A stretch of DNA of 32,000 nt from Staphylothermus marinus F1 (GTDB lineage Archaea; Thermoproteota; Thermoprotei_A; Sulfolobales; Desulfurococcaceae): assembly GCF_000015945.1 (NCBI RefSeq), contig NC_009033.1, positions 660,001 to 692,000 of the forward strand, read 5' to 3'. Positions 25,885 to 32,000 of this stretch are shown piece by piece (positions within the stretch are counted from its first letter, which is position 1; each line of letters opens with the position of its first letter). The translations under genes and the position numbers were made by a program. The notes beneath the pieces were generated by a model that made no database searches, was not told the DNA's origin, and saw only the letters and a list, made by a program, of their open reading frames with translations.

Positions 25885-26640
25885 TTAGCAGGTGAAGCGG
25901 CCTCCATTAATTGATAGTATTTGTCCAGTAATGAATCTTGATTCTTTAGTTGCAAGGAAGTATATGGCGTTAGCAATGTCTTCGGGTTTAGCTATGTCTT
26001 TTAAGGGGTGAAGCTCGGCAACTCTCTTCCGTTTTTCCGGAGTATCTATGAATTCCTTCACCATATCGGTCTCAACAAAACTTGGTGCTACAGCATTAAC
26101 TCTTATATGTGGTGCTAGCTCAACAGCTAGTCTACGTGTGAACCCTATAACTCCAGCCTTTGATGCACAATAAGCTGCGGATGCAAACACGTTTCCTGTC
26201 TGACCAGCTACAGATGCAACATTCACTATTGAAGCCCACGGAGCTTTCCTGAGCAGGGGGAGGGAATACTTGGTAACCAAGTATACTCCAGTTAAGTTTA
26301 TCTTGATTATACGCTCCCATTCCTCAATAGAAGTATCCTCGAACCTGCTTATAGAAAAAACCCCAGCATTATTTACTAGCACGTTTAAATATGGAAACTT
26401 GTTGGAGAATTCATTTAAGGCTTTAGCAACGCTTTTCTCATCACTAACATCCATTTGTGTATAGAAAACCTCGACTCCCTTCTCAGATGCTTGCTTAGCG
26501 GTTTCAACAGCCTCATCCCTCCTACGATAATAAGTAAATCCTACATTGAATCCTTCACTAGCAAACTTGAGAACAGTAGCCCTCCCTATTCCCCGATCAC
26601 CACCTGTAACTAATACATAGTTTTCACTCAACACAATCAT
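25885..26640 (-). CDS. Short-chain dehydrogenase/reductase (FabG-like 3-oxoacyl reductase family)
   Basis: VLVTGGDRGIGRA (TGxxxGIG), NNAG, the catalytic YCASKAG (YxxxK), and C-terminal ITGQILSINGG. The start is assigned to ATG 26640. Confidence 0.85.
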   Translation of the reverse strand: MIVLSENYVLVTGGDRGIGRATVLKFASEGFNVGFTYYRRRDEAVETAKQASEKGVEVFYTQMDVSDEKSVAKALNEFSNKFPYLNVLVNNAGVFSISRFEDTSIEEWERIIKINLTGVYLVTKYSLPLLRKAPWASIVNVASVAGQTGNVFASAAYCASKAGVIGFTRRLAVELAPHIRVNAVAPSFVETDMVKEFIDTPEKRKRVAELHPLKDIAKPEDIANAIYFLATKESRFITGQILSINGGRFTC

Positions 26641-26846
26641 CTCCACATAATATGATTCCACTACATAAATATATTAATCTCATAATTGATTTAAACAATA
26701 TTCTTATGATAACCACTTATTCCACCAGAAGCTATACTATGGAAAATTCATAAATAATTAGAATATCCTTTAAGCCTCGAAAACATAGTTAAATTATAAT
26801 AATCAAGTCGAATCTTATGGTAATGATACTAACATTATAATACGAA

Positions 26847-27923
26847 CTATCCTCTATTCTTACTCCTATACATGATTGTGGCCGGTATAGTTATTGATGC
26901 TACCATTATGAATGCTATTATGCTCCATAACATGTTTGTGTTACTAGTATCTTCTGATATGGGAAAGTAGGCTCCCTGCGGTCCTTTATCATATATTTCG
27001 CCGGTATCCGCCCATATGGTAACAGAGTATGCGAAAATATCGTTCTTTATCTTATCATATGTAAACCATACCTGCCACACAGGATATACTGCGAAACAAT
27101 CTCCTCTAACACCTCCCATATCCCTCTCAAACCTGAGCGTAGCATTTATAGATACTATTTTCTGACCATGTTCTCGACCATATTCTTCAGCATATGGAAG
27201 AGCCATTTGTATGGCTTGATCCTTGGAGATACTGATCTTTGTTGTTGCAACATAAAACATTGAAGTATCAAAGAGACGTGTTACCAAGCCATCACTGGAT
27301 ACGGCAAGCGTTGTTGCTATTGGGAGCTTAGTGCCCCACATCTTCAAACAAAAGTGGATGATTGTGTTCTCAACATGGTTATTGGGGTTATGGGAAATGT
27401 TCAAGATGAAATTATTATCTGTGAGCAGAAGCTTCTTCTCACTCATAGCCTTCATAACCATTTCCGCAAACCTGCCATAATAGGAGTTATTAGTGAATTT
27501 TTGGAATGCTTTGAGAAACCTGTAAGCAATAGCTAAGTGATCATGTAGAGACAGGTTGCTCTCATTAAAAACTCCATTTAACCAATAAGACCTTATCCTC
27601 CCATCAATCATTGTTACAACAGCATCATACCGAGAACCATTAACAACAAACACCACTCTAACATCAGTCTCCCTATGAAGCTTAGAGAAAGGAATGGTAT
27701 GAGTAGATGAATGAATAGAAACAATACTAGAATTCTCCACATTGATCCCAATAACACTCCTCAAAAAACTCAATACAACTCTACCAGCATCAAAACCGAT
27801 ACCGGTAGAAGTAATACTTTGACTATTTAGAATATTGGAAGAAATAATATCTATAGAAGCAACAATATCACTAAACAATGATGCGAGGAAAATAACAAGA
27901 ACAAATACGATAATTTTACTCAA
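26847..27923 (-). CDS. Secreted, C-terminally membrane-anchored protein with PepSY-like domain(s); function unknown
   Basis: N-terminal signal-like helix (KIIVFVLVIFLASLFSDIVAS) and a C-terminal TM plus basic tail (MLWSIIAFIMVASITIPATIMYRSKNRG). The segment ISKDQAIQMALPYAEEYG...YPVWQVWF...AYSVTIWADTGEIY looks like a PepSY domain. Confidence 0.45.
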   Translation of the reverse strand: MSKIIVFVLVIFLASLFSDIVASIDIISSNILNSQSITSTGIGFDAGRVVLSFLRSVIGINVENSSIVSIHSSTHTIPFSKLHRETDVRVVFVVNGSRYDAVVTMIDGRIRSYWLNGVFNESNLSLHDHLAIAYRFLKAFQKFTNNSYYGRFAEMVMKAMSEKKLLLTDNNFILNISHNPNNHVENTIIHFCLKMWGTKLPIATTLAVSSDGLVTRLFDTSMFYVATTKISISKDQAIQMALPYAEEYGREHGQKIVSINATLRFERDMGGVRGDCFAVYPVWQVWFTYDKIKNDIFAYSVTIWADTGEIYDKGPQGAYFPISEDTSNTNMLWSIIAFIMVASITIPATIMYRSKNRG

Positions 27924-28093
27924 TATTCCTCCCCACTACTTCTTTATAAACACTATCTAATATTCTTAATCTAAGGAGTACTAGATGATCGACACATTAT
28001 TTTGGATATTATTCATGTTTTTAATGGAGAACTAGCTAGGGATGGAGGTATAGATGTTTTCTGACAATGAACTCTGTTCTAAGTACTAGTGTT

Positions 28094-28453
28094 TCATAGA
28101 GTTAGCTTATATGATTTTTTCAACCACCAGGTATAGGGTGGTTTGGTTAGTTTATTTTTATTGATTATGTGTAGATCGATCATATATGCAATCTCTCCTA
28201 GTTTCTCCTCTAGTATTTTGGCTAATAATATATATGTTTTTAATTCATCATATTTTTCAGGGATAACTATTAATAAGTCTAGATCACTTGCACCCGTAAA
28301 CTTACCCTCAACAACGCTGCCAAAAACATATATTTCCATAATATCTGGCATAGCCTTTTTTAGAATATATGCAATGGATTTTGCTATGCTATTCCAATTC
28401 CTTAACAGCTGTCTCCTCTTAAACAACCATTTCCCAAAGTTTTTCGACAACAC
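28094..28453 (-). CDS. Minimal nucleotidyltransferase (MNT), second copy
   Basis: VFGSVVEGKFTGASDLDLLIV, a paralogue of the MNT at 20870-21211. The likely start is TTG 28426, overlapping the 3' end of the upstream HEPN gene. Confidence 0.8.
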   Translation of the reverse strand: MLSKNFGKWLFKRRQLLRNWNSIAKSIAYILKKAMPDIMEIYVFGSVVEGKFTGASDLDLLIVIPEKYDELKTYILLAKILEEKLGEIAYMIDLHIINKNKLTKPPYTWWLKKSYKLTL

Positions 28454-28832
28454 CGAGAACCTCCCTAGCAGTATTTACTGCTATCTCTGCTTCATCACGA
28501 TCAACATCTGATGCTCCATACTGCCCCACAATCCTAGCTCTTTCAAGGATTATTAGTTTTTCACGGTTCTTTTTAACATAGTTCCTGATGATATTTAGCA
28601 TATTTTCTGGCAAGAGCCTATTATCTATTATAAATGAGAATAACTGCCTAACCATATGCGTTCTAGGAGGTTCAAAACCTATTTTGGCTATTAAAGCCTT
28701 CAAAGCAAGCTGAGAAGCTATCTCTGCTTCAACAATTGCCACATCAAATCTATTACTCAATAAATTATTCAATGCTGACTCCAAATACCTTTTAGCACGA
28801 CTTCGCAATAAATCAACATATTCCATACTCAT
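28419..28832 (-). CDS. HEPN-domain protein, second copy
   Basis: 137 aa, helical: ...RAKRYLESALNNLLSNRFDVAIVEAE... and PPRTHMVRQL, parallel to the first HEPN. It lies upstream of and overlaps an MNT gene. Confidence 0.7.
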   Translation of the reverse strand: MSMEYVDLLRSRAKRYLESALNNLLSNRFDVAIVEAEIASQLALKALIAKIGFEPPRTHMVRQLFSFIIDNRLLPENMLNIIRNYVKKNREKLIILERARIVGQYGASDVDRDEAEIAVNTAREVLGVVEKLWEMVV

Positions 28833-29476
28833 AGAGAGTTACACCAATTATGTCTTAAACAATACTATTAATAATTTTTTAACAATCTATATAGTGATTC
28901 TTTAAAAAGTATGAGTTATAAGGTTAACTAATTATATTGAAACTAATATTTTCTATAAATATTTTATATTATATTCGATAAACACTGTTGATGCAGTACT
29001 AGTATTGTTATCAGTATTTCCAGCTATGCACCTATAGGATATGATGTGTAGAACATGTATTATTTTTCGGGCTCCACTTTTACAAGGAGTAGTGTTTAGT
29101 AGTAGAAGACTTGTTTCTCCACAAGTATTTTGAGCTCCGCCACACATTATTGCTCTCCAGATCTACAAGTTTGAACTCGAACACCGTCCTAGTTGCCTTC
29201 TCTGATGGGTTGAACAGCTAAGCCCATATCTTAACATATCCATAACCATCCTTTTAGTGGTTGCCCGTGCTTTATCTTTTGGATATTATGGTTGTTTTGA
29301 TTGTTGTTTGTACGGGCTTCCCCTTCTTGGATCGGGGCTCCACACAGACCACACAAAGTCCTTCATCCGCAGATACCTGAGTACTAGATCCCATTAAGCC
29401 CTTTAGTGTAGGTTTACCTGCCTCACAAGCACCGCTTAAGACATTCTATAGTAAGGTCTAGGCTTAGATAGATCCT

Positions 29477-30113
29477 CTAGAGCAATCTCTTCACAAATCG
29501 TTCGAAGCCTTTGTCGAATGTGTATATTTCCGTGATTCCCTTATCTCTCATGATTTTGAGAGCTAAGCAATCGTTTGCATCTAATCCAGTTTCAGCCATC
29601 ATGGAGATGGCTGCAAGATATTCTTCAGCGCAAACACTAAGTATTTTGAGGTCTTCAAGCGAGTAAAGTTCTAAGAAGAGATTCTGTAGAGACTCGGATC
29701 CATGAATTTCTTAAGGAAATTAATGACTTCAGATAAGTGCACAACTGTTGTTAATACCTCTTCTTTTCCATCATTTATCCTCTTCAATATTTTCTATTCC
29801 TCCTTCATCCACTTAGCTTTTTCACTAGGCTCTTTTCTCGGCTTATAAAATGCATAGATAAATATGTTTGCATCAAGAAATCTCAGAAAATTTCCTCTCA
29901 AATTCATCCCATTTCTCAATAAAATCCACACCTAAATCGACTTTATCAAAATATTTAGTAAGATCAGGCTTTCTCTTCGGCATTATCTTTAAAACCCCCT
30001 TTCCTTCACTATAAAGACCTCATTATTTCCTCTCAGCTCCTTTCTCCTCCCATCTAGTGGCAGGACTATCTCCCCTGCTTATCCACCTTTTTAACCTCTA
30101 TACCATAATTCAT
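29477..30113 (-). pseudogene. Decayed vapBC-like module: AbrB/SpoVT-type antitoxin remnant plus PIN-domain toxin remnant
   Basis: Minus-strand hand translation. ATG 30113 gives MNYGIEVKKVDKQGRIVLPLDGRRKELRGNNEVFIVKERGF-stop. After a shift at a G run it continues LKIMPKRKPDLTKYFDKVDLGVDFIEKWDEFERKFSEIS. The PIN part then reads FLDANIFIYAFYKPRKEPSEKAKWMKEE-TAG-KILKRINDGKEEVLTTVVHLSEVINFL, followed by a frameshift and ...LEDLKILSVCAEEYLAAISMMAETGLDANDCLALKIMRDKGITEIYTFDKGFERFVKRLL-stop (29477-29479). Confidence 0.7.
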
Positions 30114-30487
30114 AGAGGCTCACCATTATATTCTATACAAATGGAGAATCATAAATAATCTATGGAAGGTTCTTTATATGAGAACCTGTTTCTTCTACAT
30201 TATGGCTTTATTAAACATATGCATTCCAGAAGAGAGTAAGATCGGCTGAAACAGGCTAAATGGAGATCGAATATTTAAGTGTAGTGTTGTGGATAAAAGA
30301 AATACTTCTTTCAAAGATTTTTCAATTATATATTATATATTAAGGATTATCCATGTATGTTTTGAAGGGAAAGATTTAGTGGTATATGATACTATTTTGC
30401 TTAATATTCTTTAGTGTACTAATTATGTATTCTAGCTAGTTCAAATTATTTATTGGGGATAAAGATTTAAGAATGCTGTTGCTATAA

Positions 30488-30500
30488 ATAACAGTGTTAT
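30488..30500 (+). promoter_or_regulatory. Palindromic site ATAACAGTGTTAT overlapping the TATA-like region of the PLP-enzyme gene (candidate operator, copy 1)
   Basis: ATAACA-G-TGTTAT is flanked by TATAA and AAATAAG and lies 10 nt upstream of GTG 30511. The identical site, in gene-sense orientation, occurs at 31881-31893. Confidence 0.5.
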
Positions 30501-30510
30501 AAATAAGCGG

Positions 30511-31467
30511 GTGGATGTTTTGAGTGAGAAAAGGTTTATACTAAAAGTGTTCCGTAACCCTATGGAAATGCTACCTCATATATGGCCTACTCCTCTAGTA
30601 TTCCTTCCTAGCTTATCTGACAAAGATAGGGAAGTTTATGGAAAACTAGAGTACTTCAATCCTTTCAGCCATAGTATTAAAGATCGTGCTGTATGGAATA
30701 TGGTAGTAAAGGCTTACCAAGAGTGTATTGAATGCAAGAAATTGTATGAGGCAACATCAGGTAATGTCGGAATAGCTCTTGCTTGTATATCAAATTTATT
30801 AGGTATAAAGTTTAGAGCATATATCCCAAAGAATACACCTAGGATAACTGAAATTCTTCTTAAAATGCTTGGAGCGGAAGTTATTCGCACAGAGTATGAA
30901 ACTATAAACCAGGAGTTTATCGAATATGTAAGAAACGCCGCAGAGAAGGATAATGCGTTAAATCTTAACCAATTTACAAATGACAACAATTTTGAAGTAC
31001 ATTATAAGTATACTGCAAGAGAATTGGAGGAGCAATTAAAAGTTATAAATAAAGTACCTCCTACTGCTATAATAGCTTCAATCGGGACATCTGGCCATAT
31101 AGGCGGAATATCAACTTACTTTAAGGAAAAATATGGGAATAGTGTTAAGATAATAGGTGTAGTGCCAGCAAAAGGAAGTGTTATACCCGGTATAAAGAGG
31201 CTAGAAACAAATCCCAAATGGTATTCCAAAGACAAAGTAGATAGAGTTATTGAAATTACAAAGGAGGAAGCAGTTAAACAAGTACTAAAAATAGCTAGAA
31301 AAGATGGATTACTTCTTGGATTAAGTAGTGGAGCCGTAGCTGCAGCCTATGAACATATAAGACAAGAATATGATAGAGGAGTATTTATACTGGTGTTTCC
31401 CGATGATTCCTTTAAATACCTTGAGATCTTTGGAGACTACCTAAGGATGCATCCAAATAATGTTTAA
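30511..31467 (+). CDS. PLP-dependent cysteine-synthase-like enzyme (Trp-synthase-beta fold; CysK/CysM/O-phosphoserine sulfhydrylase family)
   Basis: NPFSHSIKDRAV (the PLP-lysine motif NPxxSxKDR), ATSGNVGIALA, and the GTSGHIGGIS phosphate-binding loop. The start is GTG 30511 or ATG 30562 (MEMLPHIWPTPLVFL). Confidence 0.8.
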   Translation: MDVLSEKRFILKVFRNPMEMLPHIWPTPLVFLPSLSDKDREVYGKLEYFNPFSHSIKDRAVWNMVVKAYQECIECKKLYEATSGNVGIALACISNLLGIKFRAYIPKNTPRITEILLKMLGAEVIRTEYETINQEFIEYVRNAAEKDNALNLNQFTNDNNFEVHYKYTARELEEQLKVINKVPPTAIIASIGTSGHIGGISTYFKEKYGNSVKIIGVVPAKGSVIPGIKRLETNPKWYSKDKVDRVIEITKEEAVKQVLKIARKDGLLLGLSSGAVAAAYEHIRQEYDRGVFILVFPDDSFKYLEIFGDYLRMHPNNV

Positions 31468-31477
31468 TAAACTATCA

Positions 31478-31855
31478 TCATCCCTGGAAAATACATTCTG
31501 GATAAATAATGTCCTTAGGATTTATCCCTAGTAAGTTGAGTATGCTTTCAATCCCCTTCATCCTTAGTTCTGTACATAAATCACAGGGAGTAATATTAGT
31601 ACATTTCCTCTTTACTAAGCAATCAACCTCTTTTTTTACAATATCTCTAATTAAGGGATCCCTCTCAAGAACAACAATATATTTTGGCCTCCTTCTCCCA
31701 CTGATATAATAATTTAAAAAAGGCTGGCTAACACCAAGAAGCTTAGAGATCCCCAGTTGCGTATACCCATATTTCTCAAGAAGTTCCTTAGCAATTAATA
31801 TTCTAATAGCTGGGAGAATTCTCTTAACATAGACTTCGCAATAAGAATACTTCAA
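31478..31855 (-). CDS. HTH (XRE-like) transcriptional regulator with Cys-rich C-terminal domain
   Basis: YTQLGISKLLGVSQPFLNYYISGRRRP is a helix-turn-helix. The C-terminal half carries CLVKRKC...PCDLC...PEC (6 Cys). TTG 31855 is preceded by GGTGAT. Confidence 0.65.
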   Translation of the reverse strand: MKYSYCEVYVKRILPAIRILIAKELLEKYGYTQLGISKLLGVSQPFLNYYISGRRRPKYIVVLERDPLIRDIVKKEVDCLVKRKCTNITPCDLCTELRMKGIESILNLLGINPKDIIYPECIFQG

Positions 31856-31880
31856 AATATCACCAAATAAATTGTAGTAG

Positions 31881-31893
31881 ATAACACTGTTAT
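31881..31893 (-). promoter_or_regulatory. Palindromic site ATAACAGTGTTAT (read on the minus strand) upstream of the HTH regulator gene (candidate autoregulatory operator, copy 2)
   Basis: The plus strand reads ATAACACTGTTAT, the exact reverse complement of copy 1. It lies 26-38 nt upstream of TTG 31855 and overlaps a TTTATAA TATA-like element. Confidence 0.5.
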
Positions 31894-32000
31894 AAACATC
31901 ATGGTTTATACGAACTATTGCTTTATCAACAAAGATCTTGTATAAAGTAGTTTTTATTCAGTGTCTCTAGTTATGTTTAATAAAAATGATGACAGTTTGT

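Noticed and set aside
28143-28511. 122-aa plus-strand ORF
   Set aside because: It is antisense to the well-supported MNT gene (GSxxxGxxxxxSDxDL motif on the minus strand).
31984-32000. AATGATGA C-box-like motif at the extreme right edge
   Set aside because: The window ends 10 nt later, so no D box or terminal stem can be evaluated.
1-32000. CRISPR arrays, rRNA genes, intact IS elements or transposases
   Set aside because: Reading both strands, I saw no regularly spaced 24-40 nt direct repeats, no rRNA-like GC-rich blocks other than the tRNA, and no terminal inverted repeats flanking a transposase-like ORF.

Overview
AT-rich archaeal window. The tRNA architecture, GGTG-type ribosome-binding sites, many 1-4 nt stop/start overlaps and the gene content suggest an anaerobic hyperthermophilic crenarchaeon, possibly Desulfurococcales or Staphylothermus-like. 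That assignment is inference only. Contents from left to right: (1) 1-5.1 kb holds the distal part of a group-4 Mbh/Mbx(Mbs)-type membrane oxidoreductase operon: NuoD-like, NuoI-like, MrpF/G/B/C/E-like and NuoH-like subunits. Its catalytic subunit ends DPCPPDIDR instead of DPCxxCxxR. (2) 5.1-7.7 kb holds two ion transporters on the minus strand. (3) tRNA-Asp(GTC) lies at 7818-7892, inside an over-extended track ORF. (4) 8.2-10.8 kb is a decaying accessory patch: a small wHTH gene with an in-frame TAG, an orphan 2x(CxxC...CxxH) protein, and an ACR3-type transporter broken by two frameshifts. (5) 10.8-18.5 kb holds a minus-strand string of cmo-like radical-SAM/SPASM, MoaD-like (C-terminal GG), EamA exporter, B12-binding radical SAM and a large radical-SAM/SPASM protein (the last two joined by a TAATG junction). 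This string is divergent from a tungsten-type aldehyde:ferredoxin oxidoreductase. (6) 18.6-20.3 kb holds an HExxH mini-protein and a PiT phosphate transporter. (7) 20.5-30.1 kb is a toxin-antitoxin-rich island. It has two HEPN+MNT pairs, an intact VapBC, a decayed VapBC, a possible decayed HNH-like remnant, and a large SF2 helicase split by a frameshift in an A6 run and carrying an uncharacterised ~330-aa C-terminal region. Housekeeping-like genes (class-II GATase, SDR, secreted PepSY-like protein) are interspersed. (8) 30.5-31.9 kb holds a convergent cysteine-synthase-like PLP enzyme and a Cys-rich HTH regulator. Each is preceded by the same 13-bp palindrome ATAACAGTGTTAT. No CRISPR array, rRNA or intact transposase was seen. 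The best candidates for something new are the radical-SAM string next to AOR, the split helicase within the TA island, the orphan Cys-rich protein, and the palindrome-linked regulator/PLP-enzyme pair. All functional calls rest on motif recognition by eye. No searches were run.
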